This document shows, one piece after another, positions 26,060 through 35,255 of a stretch of 64,000 bases of DNA. Below the pieces are notes generated by a model. That model made no database searches and was not told the origin of the DNA. It was given only the letters and a program-made list of their open reading frames with translations. The DNA is from Candidatus Acidiferrum sp. (GTDB lineage: Bacteria; Acidobacteriota; Terriglobia; Acidiferrales; UBA7541), in the NCBI GenBank assembly GCA_041485085.1, contig JBGPIX010000001.1, forward strand, positions 8,564 to 72,563. The letters run 5' to 3'. Made by a program: the position numbers and the translations under genes. Every line of letters begins with the position of its first letter. The first letter of the stretch is position 1.

Positions 26060-26917
26060 CTATATGGCATGCTGTACCTCCACAGGCCCCATCTCTGAGA
26101 TTAAGGAACCGAGAGGGCAAAACTCGAGGTCGCTTAGCAGCCTTCCGAGCTTAGCTTCTGTCCCTCGCAGGCCGAAGTAGTGCCGGGCTCGCGCCGAGAA
26201 GCTTCCACCCATCCGTGGTTGCTCCGGATCCAGCTCCCAAGGGTGAATGTAGACGCAAACCGGGAAATTCTCGTGCTGGTTCAGGTGTCGGATCGCCCAG
26301 CGTGTGTAGCTGTAAGGTAAAAACCGCAGGTAAGCTCCGCCGCCGATCGGCGACCGCCTCGATCCGATCGTGAGCGTCGGCATGGGAAATTCCAGGATTC
26401 GTCCGCTCGCCGTATTGACCCAAAAGGGAGTCCGCGGCGCATCCGGAATCCCGTAAGAAGGATGTTCCACCGGGAAAACGCTCGAATCGTACTGAAATCC
26501 TTCCTCGGCCAAAATCTCCAGCGCCCAGGAGGATTTCTTGGTGACTGAAAAGCTGGGCGCGCGGTAGCCCAGCACTTTTTTTCCAGTCGCGTGCTCAATC
26601 ACGGCTTTTGCGCGGTGCGTGTCTTCGCGAAACTCTTGCGGTGTCAAATCGAAGATTTTCCGGTGCAGCAGGCTGTGGCACGCGATTTCGTGCCCCGCGG
26701 CCGCAACCCGCGCCACAATTTCTGGCTTCTTCTCTGCTACCCAGCCGAGAACAAAAAAAGTTGCCAGGCAATTGTGTTCCGCAAGCAAGGCCAGTAATCG
26801 ATCGGTGTTCGCCGCAACACGACTTGGATACGAATCCCACTCCTCCAGGCGCACTTTTCCCGCATAGGCGCTGACGTGGAAATAATCCTCAAGGTCCACC
26901 GTAAGAGCGTTTTTCAT
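26060..26917 (-). CDS. XrtA/PEP-CTERM-system-type polysaccharide deacetylase (DUF3473; TIGR03006-like)
   Basis: TVDLEDYF, ATFFVLG, HEIACH, GYRAPSFS, GGGAYLR, YIHPWELD. Confidence 0.92.
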   Translation of the reverse strand: MKNALTVDLEDYFHVSAYAGKVRLEEWDSYPSRVAANTDRLLALLAEHNCLATFFVLGWVAEKKPEIVARVAAAGHEIACHSLLHRKIFDLTPQEFREDTHRAKAVIEHATGKKVLGYRAPSFSVTKKSSWALEILAEEGFQYDSSVFPVEHPSYGIPDAPRTPFWVNTASGRILEFPMPTLTIGSRRSPIGGGAYLRFLPYSYTRWAIRHLNQHENFPVCVYIHPWELDPEQPRMGGSFSARARHYFGLRGTEAKLGRLLSDLEFCPLGSLISEMGPVEVQHAI

Positions 26918-27102
26918 TCACCATCCCAGAGAGCTGAGGCGCGACCGCTTCCTCAATTGTACACACAAACTTTTGTCAGTTGATGTCATGCTAATTTTAA
27001 GCACACTCAGTATTCCACCGGGAACATTCGCTGGGATGGGCGCAAATTGTTCAGCCCTAGTGTGCTAGTCTCGCCAGTGCGGCACGAAAACGATTCGATG
27101 GA

Positions 27103-28293
27103 TTGCGCTTGCGAGTTCTGACGTTTACAGCTCTCTATCCCAATAAAGTCAATCCCCTCCAGGGAATTTTCATCCACCAACGCGTGAAGCACCTCGCGCG
27201 CCGCCCCGGCAATTCCGTGGAAGTTATCGCTCCGGTTCCCTACTTTCCGTCCTGGCTGCCCGTCGAGCGCTGGCGGCAGTTCAGCCAAATCCCGCGCGAA
27301 GAAATAATCGAAGGCGTGCGCATCCACCATCCGCGCTATCCGCTCATTCCGGGAATCAGCATGCCCGCGCATGGAATGTTGATGTATCTGGCGTCTCTTT
27401 CTCTCGCACCGCGCTTGCACCGCGAAAATCAGTTCCACTGCATCGATGCGCACTTCGTTTATCCGGACGGCTTCGCCGCCGTCCGCCTCGGCAGAAAATT
27501 AGGTCTACCTGTAATTGTGTCCGCGCGCGGCACGGACATCAATCTCTATCCATCATTTCGATTGATTCGCCCGATGGTGCGGTGGACGCTGAAGCACGCT
27601 GCCGGCGTCATCGCCGTTTCCATCGACTTAAGAAATAAAATGATTGCTCTCGGCATTCCCGAAACAAAGATTCAAGTCGTTTCCAACGGCGTGGACACCG
27701 AACGCTTTCAGCCGTGCGACGCAAAATCAGCACGCAAACAATTGGGACTTCCCGAGGAAGGATTCCTCCTCGTTTCTGTCGGCTCGTTGATCGAATCAAA
27801 GGGACATCACCTGCTCATCGCCGCCGTCGCCGAACTCGCACGGTCTTTCCCGCAACTCCGCCTGTATATCCTCGGCGAGGGGGTCTACCGCTCCACTCTC
27901 GAACAATTGGTGCGCCAAAAGAAAATGCAAGATCGCATTTTTCTTTTCGGTACCAGGCCGAATGAAGAATTGAATCTATGGTTCAGCGCGGCGGATCTAA
28001 GTTGCCTGATGAGTTCGCGCGAAGGCTGGCCCAACGTGGTTTCGGAAGCGCTCGCCTGCGGCACACCGGTCTTGGCCACGCGTGCCGGAGGAATCCCTGA
28101 AATTATCAGCTCTCCCGAACTTGGCATGTTGGTCGAGCGTACTGTCGAGTCGATTGCGGTGGGACTGGAACGGGCGCTTACCAAACCATGGAATCGAGCG
28201 GAGATTGCGCGGCACTCGCGTTCGCGAAGCTGGGATGCAGTTGCCGGGGAAGTCCAAACTTTCCTCCAATCGAAAATTCCTCCCAAGTCGTAG
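27103..28293 (+). CDS. GT4 glycosyltransferase (TuaC-like)
   Basis: IDAHFVYPDG, ARGTD, EGWPNVVSEALACG. Confidence 0.9.
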   Translation: MRLRVLTFTALYPNKVNPLQGIFIHQRVKHLARRPGNSVEVIAPVPYFPSWLPVERWRQFSQIPREEIIEGVRIHHPRYPLIPGISMPAHGMLMYLASLSLAPRLHRENQFHCIDAHFVYPDGFAAVRLGRKLGLPVIVSARGTDINLYPSFRLIRPMVRWTLKHAAGVIAVSIDLRNKMIALGIPETKIQVVSNGVDTERFQPCDAKSARKQLGLPEEGFLLVSVGSLIESKGHHLLIAAVAELARSFPQLRLYILGEGVYRSTLEQLVRQKKMQDRIFLFGTRPNEELNLWFSAADLSCLMSSREGWPNVVSEALACGTPVLATRAGGIPEIISSPELGMLVERTVESIAVGLERALTKPWNRAEIARHSRSRSWDAVAGEVQTFLQSKIPPKS

Positions 28294-28305
28294 CGAGAGC
28301 TAAGG

Positions 28306-28917
28306 TCAGTTACCGTCCCTGGAGAAACGAATCCTCCAGCGCCACGGGCGAGCCAACTCCCAAAACGGAAGAAGCACCAGATAGCAAGCGATCTTGAAGC
28401 ATTCGAGCAAGATGGTCTTATGATTCGAGCCGTTGTTCCCGCTTTCCTCTGGTGTGGCCACGAACGAACATCTCACGTTTCGCCGCAGCAATCTTCGGCA
28501 GCACATCCGCAAGCGCCGCAAATGTGAGCTACTGCTGACGACGAGGAGCGACGAAATCTCAGGATGCGCGAGGAGCCAATCCGCAAGCGCATCGATTTCG
28601 CTGAGCGTGCCCAAAGTTTTCACCGGAATGCGCTGCACGGTGAATTGCTGATTCTCGAATAGTACGAAGAAATGTCGTTGAGGCGGCGGGATGCTCTGCG
28701 CTATTTGGAGCAGGTCGATGGTCTGCGGCAAGCCCAATTCCGGAAAGCGGCGAATCTCAAACCGGCCGACGCTGAACAAAACGCGCGGCGCAATTCCTTG
28801 TTCTAGCAGGCGAATTGCGAAAAGTTTGCGGCTTTTCTGACCGGCGAGAACAAAAATGGCATCGGCAGGCGCAACGGGATCGGCGCGGGCCAGCCAATCA
28901 AGAAGAAATTTGAGCAT
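28306..28917 (-). CDS. YdcF/ElyC/SanA (DUF218) family protein
   Basis: ADAIFVLAG, T..E, VVSSSSHLRR, E..K. Confidence 0.75.
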   Translation of the reverse strand: MLKFLLDWLARADPVAPADAIFVLAGQKSRKLFAIRLLEQGIAPRVLFSVGRFEIRRFPELGLPQTIDLLQIAQSIPPPQRHFFVLFENQQFTVQRIPVKTLGTLSEIDALADWLLAHPEISSLLVVSSSSHLRRLRMCCRRLLRRNVRCSFVATPEESGNNGSNHKTILLECFKIACYLVLLPFWELARPWRWRIRFSRDGN

Positions 28918-30206
28918 TAGCGATGGCGAATCGCGAAATCGTAAACGTCAATGTAGCGCTGCGCGAGAACTTTCCAGTCTTTTTCGCGCAAGATAAATTG
29001 CCGGGCTTCCTCGCCTAGTTTGCGTTGCAAGCTAGTTTGCGACAGCAGCCTTTGGGCCTGCACGCAGAAATCCTCAACACTATCAGCGCGATACAGGACG
29101 CCCGTCTTTTCCGGCTGCACCAGCTCGCGAATCCCGCCAACGTCGCTTCCGAGGATTGCTTTTCCAAGCGCCATCGCTTCCAGAGGTTTCAGCGGCGTGA
29201 CCAACTCCGTCAGCCGGATGCTGTGCCGCGGATATACGAGCACATCCACAACGGAATAGTAGCGTTGGATATCGTCGTGCGGCACCCTGCCCAAAACTTG
29301 AATGAACTCTCCCGCGTTCAACTCGCGAACCGCTTCGCGGACGGCGGGCATTTCCTCGCCGTCGCCCACGATCAGCAATTTGCAAGCAGTTCCGCGGCGG
29401 CGAAGCTCCGCGACAGCGCGCACCAGCCACGCAACGCCTTCCCAGCGATAGAGCGATCCGATGAAACCCAGAACGGGTTCGCTGCCAAGCCCAAGTTTGG
29501 CGGCAAGAGCTTCGTCACGGGAAATTGGAGAGAATTTCTCGACGTCGACTCCATTAGGAACGTGAAACAGTTTCGCGGGATCCGTTTTTCTTTTTTTGAG
29601 CTCGTCGAGAATTGATTGGGAAATGCCCACGACCGCATCGGCGCGATGCACGACGTAGTCTTCGAGCTTTTGGCTCAGTCGATAGCGCAAAGAACGCGTG
29701 CTGGTCTTGTTCTGATCGACAGCAGCGTCTTCCCAAAAAGCGCGCAATTCATAAACAAAAGGAATGCCTTTCGAACGAGCGGCTTGCAGGGCGCCAAGGC
29801 CACAGAGCGCCGGGGAGTGTGCGTGAATCAAATCGACGGGATCGTTCTCCACAAGCTCGAGAATTCTATTTCGAATCAACCGGACAACGGCAGCTTCACG
29901 CAATCCCGGCCAGCGTCTCGAAATGGCCAACTCGGAGAATTTGCCGCGGTACGGAGTCCGGCGGTAAGTGATATTTTCCACGACAGTTTCCGTGGCCTTC
30001 GGATCGTCGACGACCTGAAGCGGGCCAGTGAGGGCCTGCGGACGGAGTCCCAGCCGGTACTGCGCGGCGATGAGATGAAGACTGCGAATGCTGTAGCCGG
30101 TGTGCACGGGCCAGGAGTGATCGAGCACATGGAGGACGCGTAGCGGGCGCACAGTTCTGCCTGGCGTAATTTCACTCAGCGATTCGGTCTTCATTCCCGA
30201 TTCCAC
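28917..30206 (-). CDS. GT4 glycosyltransferase, exosortase-A-system type (TIGR04063-like)
   Basis: LHVLDHSWP..GY..R, HAHSP, YELRAFWEDAAVD, TELVTPLKPLEAMA. Confidence 0.9.
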   Translation of the reverse strand: MESGMKTESLSEITPGRTVRPLRVLHVLDHSWPVHTGYSIRSLHLIAAQYRLGLRPQALTGPLQVVDDPKATETVVENITYRRTPYRGKFSELAISRRWPGLREAAVVRLIRNRILELVENDPVDLIHAHSPALCGLGALQAARSKGIPFVYELRAFWEDAAVDQNKTSTRSLRYRLSQKLEDYVVHRADAVVGISQSILDELKKRKTDPAKLFHVPNGVDVEKFSPISRDEALAAKLGLGSEPVLGFIGSLYRWEGVAWLVRAVAELRRRGTACKLLIVGDGEEMPAVREAVRELNAGEFIQVLGRVPHDDIQRYYSVVDVLVYPRHSIRLTELVTPLKPLEAMALGKAILGSDVGGIRELVQPEKTGVLYRADSVEDFCVQAQRLLSQTSLQRKLGEEARQFILREKDWKVLAQRYIDVYDFAIRHR

Positions 30207-30281
30207 GAAATCTCCCCAAACTCTCGCAACCGCTATCTGGCTGCTTTGAACACGCCCGCCGGCTTCCCTAAGGACTTATTG

Positions 30282-31457
30282 CTACGCTTGATTCTGCGCT
30301 TTTTGCCTCGGCGGCGCCCACTTTCCCGAAAGATCACCGCGGAAGCATTTTACGCAGCCAACCAGCGATGCAAGATTGACCATGCAGAAATAGAATGTCA
30401 GAGAAAGAACCTTGCCGAATTTGTTCTCGGGGCGCCACTTCCAACCGATCAGCGCAAGGGCATAAAAAACAGCCTGCGAAATGGCGGCAAATTTGTAAAA
30501 CGGAACCCGCCAGAGTGCGAGGCTGGCCGCAAAACAGAACACCATGAAGAACGGCGCAAACCAGCGCAGAACTTTGTGTGAGACCAGCAAGAACCAATGG
30601 CGCGTGTTGCGCAAAGGATTCAACACCTCGGGAACGCGGCGCAACGCATTCAAGCTCCTGCTGATGATGCGGACTTTGCGGCGGTATTCCTGGCCGAAAT
30701 TCTCCGCGGCTTCTTCATAGCAAACCGCAGCCGGTTCGAACACGCCGGAGTAGCCCCGCGAGATAATCTGCAGCGGATTCAAGAAGTCATTGATGTCCGT
30801 GGGCAAGAGCGGCGAGTAGAGTTCGCGGCGGATGGCGTATATGGCGCCGTCGCCGCCAACCACGGAATCAAACATGGATTCCTTTTTTTTCAGATACGTT
30901 TCGAGCTTCCAGTACAGCCCCTCGGATTGCGCGGAGGACGATTCCGTTCCCTTTTCGTAGTACCGGGCATTTCCAACCACGTAACCAACCTTGGAATTGA
31001 AAAAATGGCGGACGAGGCGGCGAACGGCGTCAGGCTGGTACATCGCGTTGGCATCGGAGAAAACAAGGATTTGGCCTCGGGCTTCGGAAACCCCGAGATT
31101 GAGCCCAGCGGTCTTGCCCATTCGAGGCTCCTGACGGACCAACCGCACTCCCCTGGAAGAAAATTGCCGAACGATTTCGTCGGTGCCGTCATCGGAACAG
31201 TCGGATATAACGATAATCTCGATAAGCTCTCTAGGATAATCCGATGCCAAAGCGTTCTTAAGCTTTTCCTCGATCACACCTTTTTCGTTGTACGCGGAAA
31301 TAAGCAGGGTGACTGGCGGAAGATCAGCTAATGCGCGCGGCGGCACGCCAGCGCAAGTACGTGCTAGCAGAGCAAGCAAGAGAGGGTATCCGACAAAAAC
31401 ATAGGCAATTAGGGCAGCGGTCGTCCAAAATAGAGTCTGCAGTAATAGGGCGTTCAT
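30282..31457 (-). CDS. Membrane GT2 glycosyltransferase (CESA-like/PgaC-like)
   Basis: N-terminal TM helix, SAYNE, DCSDD, FSDAN, YWKLE, SHKVLRW, C-terminal TM helices. Confidence 0.9.
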   Translation of the reverse strand: MNALLLQTLFWTTAALIAYVFVGYPLLLALLARTCAGVPPRALADLPPVTLLISAYNEKGVIEEKLKNALASDYPRELIEIIVISDCSDDGTDEIVRQFSSRGVRLVRQEPRMGKTAGLNLGVSEARGQILVFSDANAMYQPDAVRRLVRHFFNSKVGYVVGNARYYEKGTESSSAQSEGLYWKLETYLKKKESMFDSVVGGDGAIYAIRRELYSPLLPTDINDFLNPLQIISRGYSGVFEPAAVCYEEAAENFGQEYRRKVRIISRSLNALRRVPEVLNPLRNTRHWFLLVSHKVLRWFAPFFMVFCFAASLALWRVPFYKFAAISQAVFYALALIGWKWRPENKFGKVLSLTFYFCMVNLASLVGCVKCFRGDLSGKWAPPRQKAQNQA

Positions 31458-31500
31458 GATGGACTTATTCGTTTGCCGCAGTCAGTGGGCCGCGCCAGGG

Positions 31501-32661
31501 CTAATTGTTCGGGTTTTGGTTCGCACCGGCTTCCGCGGTCTGCTTTGCCTGTGCCCGATGTCCGATCGCGAGCTTTAGAGCATGATCCACGGGATCTGTA
31601 TAAGAGAAATAGAGATTATCTTTCGAGTCTATCCCCATTGCGCCGTCGAAAGTTGTTCCAGCATGCGCCATAAGCAACTGTGTGCTCCAGCGTGAGCCGT
31701 CCCACCAGGCGTGTTTCAACCCCAGCGGGCTTTGGTAACCAATATGAGGATTCCCGCTCTGATCCAACACGATCGTGCTTCGAAAATACCTCCAGCCCCA
31801 TTGGTCGAGGGGCGGAAAGCTATCGACCACCGTGAATTTCCATCGGCCATCGACGAGATGTGCGAATTTCAGGGACTCAGTGTTGAAATAACTGATCATG
31901 GGATTCCCCTGGGGGTCGATGGCGATGGAATTCCCCATCCCGGCATCACCGCGGCTCCGCTCGATGCCCGAATTGGGGGCTTCCAGGACCGAACGAATCC
32001 AGCCCTTGCCGTCAAAACGAGCGTATTTTAGTTTTGTTCCATTGAGACCAATATATGCCACTTGCGGCTGGTCCGACTTGTCCAACGTCATGGAATTGAA
32101 TTTCCCAGGTGCATCTTGCGTATCGATGTTTTGGGCTATCCAGGTGCCGTCTTTTAGTATGGCGTGCCGCAAAATAAAGCCCGCCTCCACATACCAGCTC
32201 AATTGGGGTACTCCATTCTTGCCGACAAGTACGGAACAATAATAGCTAATCAATCCGCTTCCTGGATCAATCTGTTGCGTTTTCCATCGTTGACCGTCAA
32301 AAATTGCGACCTTGAGGATTCCCGGCGTGTAACAGACATAAGGATTTCCCTTAGGATCCACGGTGATCCGCGTGAGGAAATCCCCCAGCATCTGGTCGAG
32401 AGTCATTGTGAACCATCGCGAACCACCGGCGGGTAAAAAGGCATAATTGAGTTTGCTTCCCGTCGGATGGCGATAGCTGACATGAACGTTTCCTTCTTGA
32501 TCCAGGACCAGCCAGGAATCCGTTCCTTCAGAGTCGATTTGCATCGTGGTCCAAGTCCATTCCTGAGCGGCGGCCACGCCTGGCAAAAAAAACAGGCACG
32601 CCAGAAGCAACCCCGTCCAGAATGGGAAAGTCCAACGAATACTTATGCGATTCACCCACAT
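31501..32661 (-). CDS. Secreted beta-propeller repeat protein
   Basis: Signal peptide (...AAA|QEW); about 7 repeats of S.xxD..G.P.xxY...LKxA...G..W; GAGAGG RBS. Start moved to 32661. Confidence 0.8.
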   Translation of the reverse strand: MWVNRISIRWTFPFWTGLLLACLFFLPGVAAAQEWTWTTMQIDSEGTDSWLVLDQEGNVHVSYRHPTGSKLNYAFLPAGGSRWFTMTLDQMLGDFLTRITVDPKGNPYVCYTPGILKVAIFDGQRWKTQQIDPGSGLISYYCSVLVGKNGVPQLSWYVEAGFILRHAILKDGTWIAQNIDTQDAPGKFNSMTLDKSDQPQVAYIGLNGTKLKYARFDGKGWIRSVLEAPNSGIERSRGDAGMGNSIAIDPQGNPMISYFNTESLKFAHLVDGRWKFTVVDSFPPLDQWGWRYFRSTIVLDQSGNPHIGYQSPLGLKHAWWDGSRWSTQLLMAHAGTTFDGAMGIDSKDNLYFSYTDPVDHALKLAIGHRAQAKQTAEAGANQNPNN

Positions 32662-32696
32662 TGAAGTCTTACCTCTCAAATTTGGCGCCACGTGCC

Positions 32697-34040
32697 TCAT
32701 GTTAGGACAGCTACTTCCTCCAGAGGGGCCGTAGCGTTCTCTTCGGATGTCCTTGCTGCGCCGATGGAGTCCAACTCCTTGCGAAGAAGCATCTTTAAAA
32801 CAACCGTTATACCGATCATCTGGTAGATCAAATCGAGATACACGAAACCAAGAAAGGCGCCGCTGGTCATGAATCCCATCATGGCAATTTCCACCATGAG
32901 TGTGTAATCCACAAGCCATGCGGCCTCAGAAACCCGGCGCGCAGTACTGCGGACGCGAAGGAGACTCAAGAAACAACTCCCAATGAGGACCACAAACAAT
33001 CCGAGTCCTACGAATCCCTGGTCAGCAAGAAGTTGAAAATAAATGCTGTGAGGGCCCGAAGCAAGGAGACCGTCGGGCAAGGGCCTGGGTTGGTAGCGTT
33101 GAAAGATGAACTCGTCGGGCAAGACGTCAAAACTTCCGCCGGCGATAGGATAGTCGTGCGAGAAATTCCAGGCTGTTCCCCAGGACACGAGGCGTTGATT
33201 GGCAGTGGCATCCAAGTTCCCGTGCGCGAATTCGCTCATGCGATCCATCCAGGCCGGAGGGGCGCTTACCAGCAACACGCACAGGGCAGCGGCACCGATG
33301 AGGGCGGCAATGAACTTGTGACGGCTCCGCAAAGCGATCGCGGCAAGAACCACGGCAAGGCCAACTAAACCGCCGCGAGAGTAGGTCAGCAGAACAGTCA
33401 CAATGGCGCAAACGAAAAGAACATAAAGTGCGATCCTGAGCCACCGGCGCTTCTCGGCTCGGGCCAGGAAAAACAAGATCGGCAAGGTCACGTTCATGGC
33501 CAATCCGAAAGCGTTGTTGTCGGTGAGGAAGGAATCCGGGGGGCCAAACACGCGAGACTCGCCGGACGTTCGGATCCCAAAAATAGTGTCCTTCAGAGCG
33601 AGCAAGCCGAGGCTCGCACCGCTGATCAGCATGACGCCATGGAGCCTTTCCCGCAGGGTGACCACCACGATCATAACAAGCGTCATTAAAATAATTTTAC
33701 TGATGTGGTTCATCTGGTAATCGGCTACATCCATGTGCCCGGCAAACGCGGGTACGCCCTTTGCGTGAATGTAGCTGATGGCGTACCACGCCCAAAGACC
33801 GATCAAGAGCAACGATTCCGGCACAAGGAGAGACCGCAAGGATTTCTTTGCGAACACAGCGCCAATGAGCGTGGGGACAGCAACGAGAAATGCGACTGGC
33901 ATGTTGTACGCGAATCCCCAGGTGAAGCGATGCGGGTTGAAGTAGGAAACCCAATACCACATCAGCACGCCGTAGTAGGGGCTGACAAGAGAGATGGGCA
34001 CGGACCCGAGGATGATGAGGAGTAAGATGACGTCGCGCAT
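32697..34040 (-). CDS. O-antigen ligase/polymerase-family membrane protein, exosortase-A-system type (TIGR03097-like)
   Basis: W.S.FNPHRF.WGF, DNN, TYSRGG, HSIYFQ.L...G; multiple TM helices. Confidence 0.88.
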   Translation of the reverse strand: MRDVILLLIILGSVPISLVSPYYGVLMWYWVSYFNPHRFTWGFAYNMPVAFLVAVPTLIGAVFAKKSLRSLLVPESLLLIGLWAWYAISYIHAKGVPAFAGHMDVADYQMNHISKIILMTLVMIVVVTLRERLHGVMLISGASLGLLALKDTIFGIRTSGESRVFGPPDSFLTDNNAFGLAMNVTLPILFFLARAEKRRWLRIALYVLFVCAIVTVLLTYSRGGLVGLAVVLAAIALRSRHKFIAALIGAAALCVLLVSAPPAWMDRMSEFAHGNLDATANQRLVSWGTAWNFSHDYPIAGGSFDVLPDEFIFQRYQPRPLPDGLLASGPHSIYFQLLADQGFVGLGLFVVLIGSCFLSLLRVRSTARRVSEAAWLVDYTLMVEIAMMGFMTSGAFLGFVYLDLIYQMIGITVVLKMLLRKELDSIGAARTSEENATAPLEEVAVLT

Positions 34041-34049
34041 CGTGGGCCT

Positions 34050-35255
34050 CTAAGAATCGCTCCGCCGAGCCGCCATCTTGGCACTCCGCTGATCTTGGAG
34101 TGGCGCCTCATACCTGGAATACGAGTTGGCCGGGGCCTCCAGAAATAATCTGGTAACACCGAGCGCGAACCATGCCATCGATTGATCATCGCCAATCTGG
34201 AGGCGGTTGAGCATATACGGATCCCCGCCAGGAGAATTGAATCCCTCAATGGTGGTGACAGCCGATCGATAGCCCGAGCGCACCAGGAAATCACGCGCCT
34301 CAGAACTCACGTCGGCTGGTCTGCCGAAAGGATAAGCAAAGTCTTCAACCGGTGCATCGAGTCCGTCTTCGAGAATACGCTTGGTGACAACAAACTCTTC
34401 GTGGAAGGCCGCGGGATCCAGCCGGCTGACTGAAGGATGCGTCATCGTGTGCGCAGCGAAAGAGACGCCGCCACGTTGCATGGCTCGAACGTGGCCCCAA
34501 CTGAGCATGCGTCCTTCCAACTGGCCGACGGGCGGACTGATCCGCTGTTCAAACAACGAGCACCACTTCTGGCGCTGCAAATCCGGTATCGAACGAAGAT
34601 AGCAAACAATTTCCCAAGCGGCCGAGGCCCGCGACGTCGGGGTTGAGAGCGTAAATTGGCGCAGGCCGTCCATTTCCAGTTCTATCGTCGTAGCGCATGC
34701 ATGGGCGAGCGCGACAAATATTTTGTCATACCATGGCGCTTCACCAGTTTCCATGCAACGACCAATCAGATAAACGGTTGCACGAATTCTGTACTTCTCC
34801 AACACCGGGAAAGCGTATGTGTAGAGATCTCGATAACCGTCATCGAACGTAATGGCAAGCGTCGGCGTGACCTGACTCCCTTCCCTCAACTCGCGCCAAA
34901 GCTGACCCAGCGGGACAATCCTGTAATTCCTCTTGAGGTAGTACATCTGTGCCTCAAAGACCGCTGGCTCCAATCGCGAGAACAAAGGAACTCCCTCCGT
35001 GCCCACACGGTGATAGCAGAGGACGCCGAACTTCGAAACCGGCGTCCGTCGCAGCCGAGGCAAGCGCGAACCCGCGACCGAAAGTACTTGGTGAGTTCCC
35101 TCGATGCGTCTCGCCATGCGGAGAAGACCCGAGTGATAAAGACCGCTCGCGACCACCCTTTGCAATTTTTCCTTAAGGGCAACAACCGAAGCAGAATCGT
35201 CCCTAGAAATACCAGTCCGATCAGGGGCGGAGGCAGTCTTGGCTTCATGTTGCAT
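34050..35255 (-). CDS. CE4/NodB polysaccharide deacetylase
   Basis: LCYHRV, ITFDDGY, HTMTHP, FAYPFG. Confidence 0.9.
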   Translation of the reverse strand: MQHEAKTASAPDRTGISRDDSASVVALKEKLQRVVASGLYHSGLLRMARRIEGTHQVLSVAGSRLPRLRRTPVSKFGVLCYHRVGTEGVPLFSRLEPAVFEAQMYYLKRNYRIVPLGQLWRELREGSQVTPTLAITFDDGYRDLYTYAFPVLEKYRIRATVYLIGRCMETGEAPWYDKIFVALAHACATTIELEMDGLRQFTLSTPTSRASAAWEIVCYLRSIPDLQRQKWCSLFEQRISPPVGQLEGRMLSWGHVRAMQRGGVSFAAHTMTHPSVSRLDPAAFHEEFVVTKRILEDGLDAPVEDFAYPFGRPADVSSEARDFLVRSGYRSAVTTIEGFNSPGGDPYMLNRLQIGDDQSMAWFALGVTRLFLEAPANSYSRYEAPLQDQRSAKMAARRSDS

